64,000 nucleotides of DNA from the human T2T-CHM13v2.0 reference genome, Homo sapiens, in assembly GCF_009914755.1 (NCBI RefSeq), contig NC_060934.1; one strand, given 5' to 3'. A program made the position numbers and the translations under genes. Shown here one piece after another: positions 50,473 through 64,000 of this stretch; the stretch's first letter is position 1; every line of letters begins with the position of its first letter. The notes beneath the pieces were generated by a model that was not told the origin of the DNA, did no database searches, and was given only the letters and a program-made list of their open reading frames with translations.

Positions 50473-50801
50473 TTTTCTTTTTCTTTTTCTTTTTTCTTTC
50501 TTTGTTGAGACAAGGCCTCACACTGCCGCCCAGGCTGGAGTGCAGTAGGGTGATCACACCTCACTGTAGCCTTAACTTCCAGGGCTCAAGGGATCCTCCC
50601 ACCTCAGCCTCCTGAATAGCTGGGACCATAGACACGTGCCACCACGTTTGGCATTTTTTAATTTTTTTTTTGTATTAAAAATTATACTATCTGGTCAATG
50701 TCTGTCTCACTACGTTGCCCAGACTGGTCTGGCTCAAGTGGTCCTCCTGCCTTGGCCTCCCAATGTGCTGGGATTACAGGTGTGAGCGACTGCACCCAGC
50801 C
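50473..50801 (-). mobile_element. AluJ
   Basis: Reverse dimeric Alu, J-type, with a rearranged linker region. Confidence 0.9.
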
Positions 50802-50929
50802 CCAAAACAGCTAGTTTTCTTAACTGCTTGAAGAAGAGGCTTTCATGCTGTTGTACACATACCACAAGGTGTGTGGGGCACTTCACTGCCTTATGTGAAG
50901 GAACTATTAGGACTTCCATTGGAGCGGGG

Positions 50930-51800
50930 TTTTTTTCATTTATTCATTTTTTTAAAATTTTAGAACAGCTTTAGAGTCACAGAAAAATTGGGCAGATTGT
51001 ATGGTTTCCATATGCCCCACATCCACTCCTCTATTATTAACATTTCCCAATAGGATGGTGCATTTGTTACAGCTCATGAACCAGCGTCCTTGACCCATTA
51101 TTATTAACTAAAGTCCATAGCTTATTCGGATTTCCTTAGTGGTGACTGAATGTCCTTTTTCTGTCCCAGGTGGGCCACATCACATTTAGTTCCTATGTCT
51201 CTGGAGGCTCCTCTCGGCTGCAGCGGTTTCTCAGACATCCCTCATTGGGATGACCTTGACAGTGTGGAGGAAAGCTGGCTGGATATGCTGTAGATGGTCC
51301 CTCAGTTGAAATTTGTCTGATTTCTTCTCATGATTAAACTGGAGTTATGTGTTCTGGAGGGAAAGGTCACAGAGGTTAAGTGCCCTTCTCCTGGCTTCAT
51401 ATCAACGCTACGTGCCATTAGCGTGTCTTAGCATGGTACATGTTGACCTCAATGGCCAGGCTGAGGGGTGTTTGACAGGTGTCTCCACTGTAAAATTACT
51501 AAAATTACTCTTTCTACCCCTTCACCATACTGTAATTTTTGGAAGTCACTGTGTGTAGTAGGCCAGGCTGAAGGATGAGTTATACTTGAAGGTGGAGAAG
51601 CTACATAGATCATTTGGAGTTGTTCTCATTGGAAATTTTGTCTGTTCTACCCTCTTTGTTTATTCTTTCATTATTTATTTACATCAATATGGACTCCCAT
51701 GGATATTTATACTTCAATTATGATCGGATACCACTTTATTTCTTTTGTAGCTTTGGCCTTTGAGAGCTCTTTCGTTCATGCCTGTTTCCCTTTGGCATAG
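50930..51800 (-). mobile_element. L1MC3/4-like 3'UTR
   Basis: ttattaactaaagtccatag...ggatttccttagt...gatgaccttgacagt...cacagaggttaagtgcc...tctccactgtaaa. Confidence 0.85.
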
Positions 51801-52536
51801 TTGTTGTTTGGGGTCATTTGTTTTAATTTGTGTTTTTCCATTTGTTTTATAAAGGGTAGTATACCATTAGTACACATGGAGAGATAATGGATGCATTGAT
51901 GTGTAATGGATCCTCTGTGCAGCGTGTGAATGGTATGAATGGGTGCACACGTAAAATAGTTTTGCTTGTGCTGTTGAACCATAACATGTTTGGACGTGAC
52001 TGGCCCAGGGCTTGTCACATGGCGCTATCATCTTGAAGCATCAAGTCTGAAAAGTTTATTTCATGTCTTTTCTTTGTAATCACATCACATTTGGAATACC
52101 CAGACAGGCCTCCTAAAGGCACTCTCTGTGTTCACTGGGAAACATAGAGCCCTTGCAAATGTTGGCACAACATCCTGGACCTACATCCCGGCCACAGGAT
52201 GGCAGATGTAGGCATCATCTGTTCCAATTAATTTCTTTGAAAGATGAAGAAACTGAGAGCTGGGGCTTGGGAATTGGAAGGAGGGAGGGAAGCCTGACCC
52301 TTCAGGACAAGTGCTGCCTCTAGACAGAGCCGACCTCCCCTGAAACTTGCTGACACTGCCTCTGGGAGGCCTTGGACACGGTTCCTTTCTGGGCCAAGCA
52401 TCACGCTGAGGGCTCGGCCTTGCCCTTCAGGGTGCATGATGCTTAACTTCTGAGTCGCAGCATCTTTGGGTATAAAATTAAAGAATGACCTCGGCCCTGC
52501 TTCCAGCACTGTGGAGGGAGCATTCTCTATCAATCA

Positions 52537-52872
52537 CAATCAGTCCTATGCACCTGTGGGTTCCACACCCATCACCCATGGATTCAACCAACCAAAGATC
52601 AAAAATATTGGAAAAAAAAAACCCCACAAAGTTCCAAAAAAGGAAATGTCAGTTTGCAGCACGGCATTGAATCCACGTGAGTGAAGTGATGCATAGGTGT
52701 TCTCTTCTTAGGTAATTTAACTAATCTAGAGATGACTTAAAGTACATAGAGGACGTGCATAGGTTATGTGCAAATACTACGCCATTTCTTATCAGGGGCT
52801 TGAGCATTCACAGAATTTGGTATTCATCGGGGGCTCCTGGAAGAATCCACCACAGATAGTAAGAGATGATTG
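52537..52872 (-). mobile_element. MER2/MER2B (TcMar-Tigger DNA transposon)
   Basis: atggattcaaccaacc...taatctagagatgacttaaagta...ataggttatgtgcaaatactacgccattt...ttgagcat. Confidence 0.88.
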
Positions 52873-53263
52873 GACCCAGTGCTGCCCAAAGGTAAATTGC
52901 TAATAATCAGTATGGAGCTATTATTAGGATGATGTCATCCTGCACAGGTGCATACATGCATGGAAATTTTTGAAAGCAAGTGCAAACTTGTGGTGGTGGT
53001 GAACTCTGGAGAAGCCCCTGGGGGCTAGGAGTTGGAGGGGTTCTCACCTGCATGGTATATTTGTTCACAATATTTGAAAGGTTTTACCCAGTATATTTAT
53101 TTTTATATTAATAAAGAGAAAGAATACATCCTAAGTAAGCAATTAGGTACCGTTCATTTGAAAATATTGACTGGACTTCAACTAGGCGCCGAGCAGTATG
53201 CCAGGATCCCGAAACCGCAGCAAGTGAGGCAGATGGCGCCCATCCTTAAGAAGCCTCAGCTCC

Positions 53264-53367
53264 CAGGAGAATGGCGTGAACCCAGGAGGTGGAGCTTGCA
53301 ATGAATTGAGATCGCTCCACTGCACTCCAGCCTGGGTGACAGAGCGAGACTCCATCTCAATAAAAAA
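53264..53367 (+). mobile_element. 5'-truncated AluY (~105 bp) with 16-bp TSD
   Basis: AluY diagnostics atggcgtgaacc and ggagcttgca. TSD aagaagcctcagctcc at 53248-53263 and 53368-53383. Confidence 0.93.
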
Positions 53368-53599
53368 AAGAAGCCTCAGCTCCGTGTGACGCCGATGCTC
53401 CTGCAGAAACAGGAGGGCCAACTCCCCCTCACTTCTCTGGTACTGAAAACAACAGGTGGGAACCTTCATGCACCCAAGTATTCACTTGTATTTATTTTGT
53501 TCCTCAGCTGGCTAGAATTGAGTTAATCACATCACTCAGTTCATGCACAGTATCACCATTATTCAAAACCCCATTTTTATGTCATTGTAATTAGCCGTT

Positions 53600-54450
53600 T
53601 GTCTCTTTTTCTTCCATTTCTACTTCTGTGGTGCTCCCAGTCCCAGAAGTGCCCATTCAGCATAATGCATCTATGAACATCACATAAGTACATATCCTTA
53701 ATATCCTTAAACATTTTCTTATGTGGGGATATGCTTTTTTATTTTTTACTTTTTAGAGATGGGGTCTTCCTCTGTCACCCAGGCTGTATTCCAGTGACAC
53801 AATTATAGCTTACTGCAGCCTCCAACTCATGGGCTCAAGTGATTTTCCTGCCTCACCTCTCAAGCAGTTGGGACCACCGGCACGCACTTACAAACACAGC
53901 TACTTATTTTTATTTTTATTTTTGTAGAGACAGGTGGTCTCACTATATTGCCCAGGCTGGTCTCAAACACCTGGCCTCAAGGGATTCTCCCACCAAACCT
54001 CCCAAAGTACTAGGATTACAGGTATGTGGCACCATGCCTGGCCCAGAAAAAAAAATGCTTTTAACTTATATACACGGTATTGTATAATAGATTGCAGTCT
54101 ACTTCTTACATTTTCCACTGAGTGGTACATTTTAAAGATTTGTCCATGTTTTCTCTTTGTGACTCTGTCCATTCCTTCCATCTGCAGAACAGAATACCAT
54201 TGTGTGCCTATGCCACATTGCATTCATCCTAGCAATGTTTGCCTGACCTGCGCTCTTGCTATAGCAAATAGCCTGCAAGAAATGTGTACCATTATTGCAA
54301 ATGGGGCAGTATTAAGCCATAAGATACACACATCTGATTTCCCTAAATATTGTTACATCACCCCCCCTGAATATTTGCACCAATTTAAACTTCTACCAAG
54401 GATACATGAGGGTTCAGGGAGTTCAATTTATGAACAGCATTTAATACTAG
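53600..54450 (-). mobile_element. L1ME-like fragment interrupted by AluJ
   Basis: ttttaaagatttgtccatgtt...aataccattgtgtgcctatgccaca...gcaccaatttaaacttctacca. Confidence 0.6.
53735..54043 (-). mobile_element. AluJ
   Basis: Reverse dimeric Alu with atgctttt on both flanks. Confidence 0.9.
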
Positions 54451-56049
54451 CTGGATAACTTGACTTATAATTTCAAATAAAATCTGAGCCATTGGATTTG
54501 GCCAAGTAATCCATCACCTTTGGGAACTAAGGAAGACCACCAGCCTGGGGGCCTCCATGTTCAGAGGGACAAGATCTCTGCCATCTTGGGCAGTGGTTGC
54601 AACCCAGTGCCTCTGAAGCCTACACGGGCTCAGCATTGGCAATGTTGGAAGGGACTCGCTCCCAGCACTATGCCTTGAGGTGACAAGAGGATTTCCCAGC
54701 AACTCCTGGGCTCCCTGCCTGGGAAGTCCGGATTCAGAATATTCTTCCCCCAGGGTAAAATCATTTGGGGGCCTTTCATGTGTGGTTTCACAACATCCCA
54801 TTTCAATCAGCACCTGTTTATGTTGACGCTAGCAATAGCAGAGGATGAGGGCATAGAAAAAATTAAGCATTTGCAATAAACACTGAAAATGAACTTTTTT
54901 ATTACTTGAAAATATAATTCTAGTTCTTTGCCATATAAATAACGTGATTCCCCTGCATTGTATGATCCCCTTTCTGCCTGCAACATGAAGTTTCAATGCT
55001 CATCTTCTTCTTCTTGGCTTTGAATGTCTCAGACTCTCTGACCAGTGCTCCAGAGCGCATTTCATATTTTTCCACAGCAGAGGAAAGGGAGACTGTCCAC
55101 TCTCGAGGGTGTGTGGCTCTGTGGGGAGCCTCGGGATGCACTCCCGGGGGATTTAAGGCCAGGTGCTGGAGCTCTCCCCCAGCTTTGTTTCTGAGCTGGT
55201 GACACCTTTCACAGTTTATGTGTGTGGTCTCTGGCAAGCCACTTACCAAGAAGGAAACTGAGGCAAGGCCACAAGCATCAAGGTGTCAGCACCACAACCA
55301 CAGAATGACTAGTGAAGAGAGCACACACGGGGCCTTGCTGTTCTTGCCATCACTGCCAACCATGTCCGACTGGACACAGCTTTGTTTCCACCGGCCTCAC
55401 CCATGGGTGTATAAGCTCCATGAGGGCAGTGCCTGGCCTGGTTCTTCTGTGGATCCTCTGTTCTGGATACAAGAGATGGACTACATATGTTCACGGAGCA
55501 AAACAAAACAGTGCCAAACACGACATTACAGAGATGCAGGCATAAATCAGAACCAGTCTGTGGTCCCTCGGGGTTCCCATTCAGGCGGTGAAGGGGCAAC
55601 AGGCCGATTTCCTGCTCAAGCCAGCCTCTGTCCACTTCAAGCATTTGTGGAGGGCCTGTAGCAAATCTCAAGGGGACATGCCCTCCTCCGAGCGGGCGAG
55701 TCAGCCCCTTGGGAACAAGGCCACTGAACTGTGGCCTGGCCAGGGTGCTCCTCAGGCTGGAGAAAGAAGACGCCCCTGAGTGTCCACAGGTGAACCCCGT
55801 GTGCCCCAGGCCAGAGGCTTTGATGACCAGACTTCATTCTCTGCAGGCAGCCCCGCTTCCTGCCCACATTTCTCCTTCTTGGCCGTACAAAGATCACAGC
55901 TTTTCAGAACCCACACAAACATTGACACCTGGCCATTTTACATTCCTGTCTTCCACTGAAGCCGAAGACCCTATAGACACCCATGAAAGACACTGGAGGA
56001 GAGGGGGCCCCGCACACATGCGGAATGCATGTCCCTTAATTAAAATATC

Positions 56050-57900
56050 TGATCCAGACAAGGCATTTTGAAATATTCATTAAACCAATTTTTATTTAAC
56101 CTACATGGACCAATCAAATGCAACCCATACCGCCTCATCGCTGCGTGTCAGGGGAAGTAAATTGAACTCCTGATGGGGCAGAGCGATGGGTCAGCAGGCA
56201 GGCTTCTCTGCCTTCACCCGCTTTCCACGCAGCGCCAGACAAGAGAGGGCAACCGTCAATCCAGCGCCGTGGCGATCATTACAGGTCTGCAGTGAAGCAG
56301 AAAAACGCCGTAATAAACAGGCCCCGCTGCCTCCTCTCACTCCATTCATCCTCCCCTACAAGTGCTCGGCCCTTCTGGCCTTGCTGAGCGTTAAATCCCC
56401 GTCCAGCTGTTTGACCCTATTACAGGAACATGATAGGCACCCCTGTCATTTGAAATGCCTGCAACAGTCGGATGCACCAAATCTATCTTCCCGACAGGTA
56501 AACCTATGGATAATTTATTTTTATGTGCTTTCAAAGGATGTTGACAACAGTCAGGAACGTCCGTGTTCAGGGGAGTGGGTCTCGCAGCGCCAGTGGTCAC
56601 TGTTAATGAGCAGGAGGGGTGGCGGTTGCAAGGGCGTCCAGCTCCACCGGCCTCCAGACCCGCGCGTGCAGCCTGGGCCCCGCACCAGCAAGATCCGGTT
56701 CCGTCCAAGAGATTCCGACTCAGACTCAGACACGGTTCTGCCCAATTACTTTCAGCTAAAGCCACCCACCTGAAACATCCCCCAGGACGTGGGCAGGTGT
56801 CACCCAGAGAGCAGGGATGGTGAAAACCATGCTGCACAGATCGGGACGCAGAGCTTCACATGGCTGCACTAAACTAGTGCAGGTTGGGCCCGATTAAAAT
56901 ATTTACCTGGCTTGACATCTTCCACATAGCCACTTGCTCCCATGCTGTTCATGCCGCTACCTCAAAGAATTATCTGCAAACATTACAGAGAAGGGTTAAT
57001 AGCTGGCAGGAGAGTCTTAAACTTCGTTATCACATTCACCACAAAAAATAACCACACATATAAAAATATCATTGTTTGCAAGTAAGAGTAATGCAACCTT
57101 TGCAGCTCTGGGGCTGGGGTACCTGGAGAGAGAATGACTTCTAAGTCGCCCTCCGGATTTCTGTGTGACCGTGCACCTTCACAATGGGTGCCATTTAAGC
57201 CTACAGAATCCAATCAATGTGTCAGTTAAATTGCTACTCATCTGTCGAGATTAAGCGTCCGACTATTACCTCAGATTTAGTAGAAGTCTTAGATACTGGC
57301 ACATTTCACTGAAGCCATTAGTAACACCTGGAATCATTCACATTAGTTTAAGATCTGGCACCATAAATTCCCAGCCATTAATGATTATTCTGACTCCTCA
57401 GGATAAATGGCTTAACGTTTTTGATAATGAAAATATACATTCTGCAGTAGTTCCTTCTTAAACACACATTACCTTTGTAATGTACTTCATGGCTGATTGT
57501 AACGGACGGCACCATAACTCTCCAAAGGAATTTTAGTGTGCTGTAAAGTATGGAAGATCTGTTGCACTATTAATTAAAAAAAAAAAATTAACGAGCTATT
57601 TATTTAGCTGTTTACTTTGGGAAATGTAACGACATATCTTAATTGGCCTGATTGTCGTGTGGCGGAGTAAAAGCATCTTGAGCCGCGTTGTTTCGGTCAC
57701 TTTCCTTGTAAGTTCCAGCACACAAGGTGTGCTCCACACAAAGGCAGGCAACAAACTTCTATTGGATATTATCAAAAATAACAGAAAAAGATCATTGTGA
57801 GAGCCCAGGGTGTCCGCTTAGTTATAGCTGAGAGAGATTATTTAAATATCTCAAATAAATCTTTTCATTCCCAGCACATTCATCTCTTTTAAGTGCTCAT
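56050..57900. promoter_or_regulatory. Candidate developmental enhancer cluster
   Basis: Repeat-free, CpG-retaining, with dense homeodomain, PBX/MEIS, FOX and TCF-like motifs. Motif-based inference only. Confidence 0.4.
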
Positions 57901-60119
57901 TAAGGTAGGGGCGTGACAGCCTTGGAAAATGAAACACTAATTCTTTTTCTCTGAAGCCGGAGTGTTCTGCTCCCAAGGGCGGCTGTAGTTTAGGGGGATT
58001 ACAGAACTAGGGCAGAGAGGGGTTCCTCTTCTGCATTTCATTCCAAAAAGTGATGGGGGGGGGGTGTTTGTTTGATGCCACTTTTCTTCCTGCTTGTCTC
58101 GTGTGATCTATTAGATCTGAAGAAAGCGGATGTCAGTCTGTGGTGTTTGATAAACGGTCTTTGGAATGGGGCTGTGCCGACCTTACCTCACTGCAGCTCA
58201 GAGTAATTTGCAGTCAGCTTGTCTTTGGTTGATTTAGACTAAGTTTTCCAAAGACAGAAGCTGAAGGATAGGGCTGGAGCTCCACGCTCTCCTTTTCCAA
58301 TGCCAGGTTTTTTTTTAAGTGATGAAGAAACTCTGTCTAAAAACACATCTCAGCACTAGTCCACAGCTAAACGCTAATAAATGTGCACATTTGGGTCATA
58401 CTGTTAAAAGCATGCATATTTCCGGACCCCTCATAGAGAGGCAGTCAGGATTCCTTTAAACAATAAAGGTCCATAAAACAGGGCCTGGGAACTCGTTAAT
58501 GAACTTGGAAATGGTTATTGATCCACATTAAGCCTAATTTGCTTAAATTCAACGCAAAATTTTGCACATGGTATCAGAAAGTGATGCCCAGGAAGCTGGA
58601 GGGTAAGCCGGAGTCATGGGTGACCAGGAGCCCTTCTGTCTGTGTAGGCAGCACTGCCCTGGGTGGCTTCCCTGAAACTCTGCTCACTCTCATCCCAGCC
58701 TCTGCTGCTTTTGCCCAAGCCAGGCTCCTCACAGCCCAGAGATGCTCCTCGGAATACCATGGAAGCCCAGCAGGACTCTCGCCAAGGCAGGACCCAGGCC
58801 GCCAGCACCTGTGTGGAGGTGGAGACAAATTTCCAGCCGCAAGGCTTGCATGGAGCAGAAGAAAGGCTCTGAATTTAACCCACTAGAGGAGGGGATGGGC
58901 AGCACAGAAGAAATGTGAGAAAGCGAAGAAGCCCCAAACACGGTGGGCATTGCATAAAAAAGTCGAAAGATACTGAGATCACCTGCAGGAGAAATAAAAG
59001 ACAGGAAGATGAGAGACAAGAAAGGTTTCGTCCAAGAATCTAAAAATCACTAAAGCGTCACGTAGAAGGTAATTGGGACGAGGACTGAAATTTGGGACCC
59101 TGGTGGAAACTGTACAAATAAGGTCTTATTGAAACATTAAGCCCGGAGCGTGCCAGGGCCACTGGTGGGCATGTAATAAATAATAATTGATAATAATGAG
59201 GATACTCAAATTTAATTCCATGTTCCATGGGAAGTTCCCCAGGGCATCGCCAGAAACATCCTTATGAGTCTCTGCGCCCGCTCCTTTTATCCGGTGGGGG
59301 AGCAGGAACGTTTGTCTCACTGGCCAGCCATGCCTCCTCCACCGGGAGGCCCGCAGAAGGCAATGCCAGGGGGACCACTCCCATGCTGAGCAGCCTCTGT
59401 CCTCTGCGCTGTCCCTGGTGAGGGAACAGGACAGGAGGGGCAGCCCCAGACCTCCCAAGGCCCCATGTGGAAAGGAGCCTGTGCCAATAGCCAGTGCAGC
59501 AGGGCCGGGCGGGAGCTGCCCTGTGCGGGGAGAACTCCAGAGACAGGCGGGGAATGAGCCTGAGTCAAGGTGCGGGGAGACAGCTAGGAACTGCTTCCAG
59601 CTTGAGGGTGGACATTTCCAGACCTCGTACGTGTCCCTGGAGCCAAACCAGGTGGGACCCTCGAAGGAGATGGGGCTGCTCAGGGGCCTGGGGAAAATCA
59701 AAGAAGGCTACCACAGCCAGGCCCATCTGGGTCTGCCAGGGTGAGCTTGGAGACAGCCATGTGTCCCCACAAGAGGAGACAGGACCCAGGGAAGACGGGA
59801 GAGGCAGGACAGCTAAGTGGACTGGAGTAAAGCCAAAATGAGGGGCCGGGGACACTTTACATAGCTGCTCTTTGTGCTGTCCCTGTTCTGAGAGCGAGTG
59901 GAGAATCTGCTTCTCTAGCTGACACTGAGGTATTTTTAAACAGCACCAAAATGACACTTTATAAAACCAAGGGTTTTAGTACAGAGTAGCTGAGAAGATT
60001 CCAAACCCGACATTTTCTGTTACCACAATTGAGCCTTTTTCAGTATGTAATTTTCTTTAGAAGTCACATTTAAACCCAGGATGAACAGCAGGCCTTCCCC
60101 TGCTCCCTGTCTAATTGTT

Positions 60120-60285
60120 TAACACAGACGTATACACAAAACTACACACACCTGTGTACGTATACTTATACGTATACACACAAGCATGTTCATATAGAAA
60201 CATATAATTCGTTTTGTGTATGCACACAATCTTTTTTATGTGTGCACCACTTACACACACACATATATATACATATGTTGGTATA
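60120..60285 (+). repeat. CA/TA-rich low-complexity tract
   Basis: Directly visible. Confidence 0.7.
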
Positions 60286-62064
60286 CCTTTTAGCAACATA
60301 TAGAGTGATTTTCCCTCTAGGTGATCCTTCCATGATCTATGGAAAATAGGAAGGAAGGAGCTATTTGCATTTGGAGCTACATTAACCCAAATGAATAGTG
60401 CTTTCAGCAGCAGGTGATCTTTATAGACAGCGTGCCCTAGAATTTTTGGAAAGTGCAGAGAATTTGTAGAAATAATGATTATGAGGAGGGAAATGATGGG
60501 GGGGTGGATTGGTTCAATTTCTACTAATAAGTGCTTCATAATAGCTCAAAAAATCTCTGTCAGGCCTCTGCCTCTTTCGAAATGCAAATGGCTGGGTGCC
60601 GGCTGCAAAGCTTGCTGTGTGCGATACATAGACAAGGGTAATATCTTCTCTGTGTCATTCCAAATGATATGGAAACAACTGAAAGCATCCTGGCTGTGGA
60701 TAATTACGGAAGAATGACAGGTTGGTAATAAGTTCTCATTTAGGAATCTCTCACACTCGAGAGGTGCAGGGACGGTTTGCATGCCGTGATTCTGGAGTTG
60801 CACTGCCATCTGCATGAGTAAGCAGGTCTCGAAAAGGAATTTGGGGGAAACTGTACATGAAGATTTCAGACTCAAAACCCATAATTTTATTAACCTTGAA
60901 AACTAATCAGCATCTTAGTGAGACATGAAGATGCATCCCATCTGCAATGGTGGGGAAGGCATGTGTGAGCTGCTCTTGCCTGCCCTAGTTCTCTGACCAG
61001 AAGGATGAAACCAAGCCAATTAGCTGGTCTGGTGCCCACCATGCAGCTAAAGCCTCGTGGGTGATCCTTTTCCTGGGAGCAGTGCTTTGCCAGCATCCCG
61101 GGTGTTTTTAGGGTAGAAACAAACTCAACAGAGAGACCATAGGAGTCTGTCAAGTTTATAGTAGATTCAGGTTTGGAGCCTGGCATTATTGATGCGTATT
61201 ATTAATTATCAAAAAATGAGGGAGGAGGAATATTTAAAATCCACAGTGACATGCTGGATGAGTGCCTGGTTGTGCTGAAGCAGGTTCCATTAGCCGTCAC
61301 TGAGCACACAGGGGAGTCAGAGCCTCTTTCCATGTGGCACTTTGGCATTGGAAGGAAGCCCTGGGGCACTTCTATCCACAGGGATGGCTGCTCCTCCAGA
61401 ACCCCAGCATTAGCCATCAGGGAGCCCCTCTGAGCACCACCCCTCATCCTCAGCCACAGGGGGACCCTCAACCACAGACTGTGCTGATGGCAGCGTGGCC
61501 AACTGGGTAGAGGTGTGCAGAGAGCACCCTCCAGTCTGGAACCTTCCGCTCACACTGGGCTCTGTAACCTTCTGGCCTGAACGCCTGCCACCCATGGCTC
61601 TCCCACAGTTTCTGTGTCTCTCCCAGGGCCTGGCTTCTTGAGGACAAGTACAGAGGGACCTCTCTGTGGCCCCTTTCTAGGGCTCAGATGTGTATCAGGA
61701 TATCTGTTGATTTGATGCAACTTTGATCTTCAAGTGGCTGCTTTCAATAAACCTGCCTTGTTTCACGGCATTTGCAGTCACCGTCTCCCCTCTCCTCCTA
61801 TATCTGCTGTTAACAGAATTATCTTCGGATATTTAAACTTGGGCTGGGAGAAAATAGACACAGCCCTGGGTACATGCCATCACACCATCATGCCAGGATG
61901 CAGTGAGAGACAAAAGGTCGCACTGGTGAGGCACATAGATGCCCTGTCCAGTTTTTGTTTTGTTTTGTTTTGCTTTTATTTAATAGTTGTGATATGAAGA
62001 GATGGCATCAAAACAACACACTCGCATGAATTCCCCTTGATTCCATGTCAGGTGCATTAGTAAG

Positions 62065-62240
62065 TACGTTATCTCCTGGAACCCCGCACGAAGTGAGTGC
62101 TATTATTTTTATTACCATTCTACGCAGAAGGAAATAGAGTCACCAAGAAGTCAACTGATGCCTAGGCCCAGGGTATCAGCCTTAACAACTCTAGAGCTGG
62201 GATACGAGCCCAGCCCTGACTCTGCCAAGACCTGGGTTCT
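62065..62240 (-). mobile_element. MIR SINE
   Basis: tgctattatt...ccattctacgcagaaggaaatagag...agagctgggatacgagcccag. Confidence 0.65.
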
Positions 62241-62435
62241 CTCTGTGCAGCCATGGGGTCCCAGGGAAGAGACACTGGAATGGAAACATTAGAGGTTTTA
62301 GTGGCACTTAGGAGACTTCACGAAAATGACAGTGTTATGTGTGTTCAGGGCAGCATCCAAGAAGCTCCTTTACCACATATGGCACAAAAGGCCCCCTCAT
62401 GGCAAGAGGAACTTAGGGCTCGTGTGATGACTCCT

Positions 62436-62789
62436 TATATTAGTCCGTTTTCACACTGCTGATAAAAACATATCCAAGACTGGCAATTTACAAAGGAAAA
62501 GGTTTAATTGGACTTACAGTTCCGCATTGCTGGGGAAGCCTCACAATCATGGTGGAAGGCAAGGTGGAGCAAGTCATGTCTTACAGGGATGGCAGCAAGC
62601 AAAGAGAGAGCTTGTGCAATAGAACTCCCCCTTATAATAACCATCAGATCTCATAAGACTCACTCACTATCATGAGAGCAGCATGGGAAAGATCTGACCC
62701 CATGATTCAGTCATCTCCCACTAGGTCCCTGCCACAACACGTGGGAATTCAAGATGAGATTTGGGTGAGGACACAGCCAAACCATATCA
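62436..62789 (-). mobile_element. THE1A-like solo LTR
   Basis: attagtccgttttcacactgctgataaa...gtgggaattcaagatgagatttgggtgaggacacagccaaaccatatca. TSD ctcct/ctccc. Confidence 0.93.
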
Positions 62790-64000
62790 CTCCCATACCT
62801 CATACCTGTATCCCCACCTGTGGCCCTTGCCATGGAACATGGGCTCAGTGAGGGAGCCTCCATCTGGATTTGAGTTTTTTCTTGCTTCTCTCCTTTAAAA
62901 ACAACTAAGTGAAGAACAGAGAAAGTGGCCAAAATTCCTACGTCCTCACGAGCTACTCAGATGAGTTGGATTAATCTGAGTTCCATCTTCCAGGTAATCC
63001 CATGGAAGCCTGACTTAGAAACACAAAATATAAAAATTGGCATGAAAACTTCATCTACACTTGATTAGCACAGCAGTCACTAATTACTGTGATTATTTTC
63101 AATGATAGAGTCATGATACAAAGCAATGATTTTATTTTATATAAATAAATCCTCTAGGTGCAAAGTAACAATGTTTGGTCCGTTTTATGAATTTCTTAAA
63201 AGCAAATAAAATAAGGATAACCAAGTAGTTAAGAGAAGATCCTTGGAAATTTGACCCAGCCTTCTCCAGTAATTATTCTAATTATTCTTCTATTATATAG
63301 GCCAAGAGCCAAAGGTTCCCAAGTGCGTAGGAAGTTAATAGCAGACTTGAAGTGAGAAGGGGAGGGCAAGCTAGCATATGTTCATTAAAGTCTGCTTTCA
63401 CTTAAGGGTTTTGCATCAAGGAGGCTGCAGGCACCAATAATTTATCTTGAAGTCTATTTACTCAGTGCAACAGGGAAATAATAAATTGTCCTAATTTTCC
63501 TTCCTGGCCCCAGAAGAGGCTGCCTCTTGCCTTCCCTTCCAGCGACCCCACTGGGGTCAGTCTGTTGCCCAGGCACTGAGTGAGCCCCCAAATGCACTTG
63601 GAGGAAACGTTTCCAGTGGTGCCCCGTGGCCTCCAGCCAGCTGTGTTAGCATTCTTCAGCCAAGGTGTGTACTCCTGAGGGGGCTGCTGGTGGTTGGTGG
63701 GTGGGACAGCTGTTAAAAGAGGCTCAGGAGACCAGGGCCGTGAATGGGACTCACACAGGCCCACCATGCCCTGGAGTGCCCAAGCCAGGAGGCAGCATCT
63801 CTTCCGCTGCCCACAGACTCCTTTGAGCCATAATCCACACAGGCGCCTGGCCCTTTGGAAGGTCATCCCAAGAAAAACCTTGCACCAGCAAGTTCTTATT
63901 GAATGCCTGCTCCAAAACACAAAGCTGGGTTCTTGGGTCACATGGCTAAGCCCCATCAGACACAGGGCCAAGATCATTGTGGGCAGAAATAAACCAAGAC

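Noticed and set aside
56186-56773. 195-aa ATG-initiated ORF
   Set aside because: No domain resemblance. The region looks regulatory and GC-rich, with no supporting exon structure.
59126-59957. Cluster of overlapping 100-190-aa ORFs on both strands
   Set aside because: GC-rich sequence open in many frames at once, with no strand bias or splice support.

Overview
Primate (very probably human) genomic DNA with no intact protein-coding gene, RNA gene or prokaryotic system that I can support. The interspersed repeats include old and young L1s, nine Alu elements or fragments, THE1/MST/MLT1/MLT2/MER31/LTR33-like LTRs, MER2, MIR and L2, plus STRs and VNTRs. The main signal lies in the repeat-poor stretches between about 11.3 and 34 kb. 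They read on the minus strand as large decayed coding exons: long, stop-poor, protein-like frames with splice-like boundaries, two phase-compatible junctions, and a recurring short alternating-hydrophobic peptide motif. I interpret this as a multi-kb unitary pseudogene or the dead 5' part of a large gene. A C10orf90/FATS-like identity is only a hypothesis from recalled motif similarity. Other points of note are a 177-bp, 97%-identical dispersed duplication, an internally deleted L1 and Alu, and homeodomain/FOX/TCF-motif-rich enhancer candidates. All translations and counts were done by hand, and repeat subfamily names come from recalled consensus sequences.
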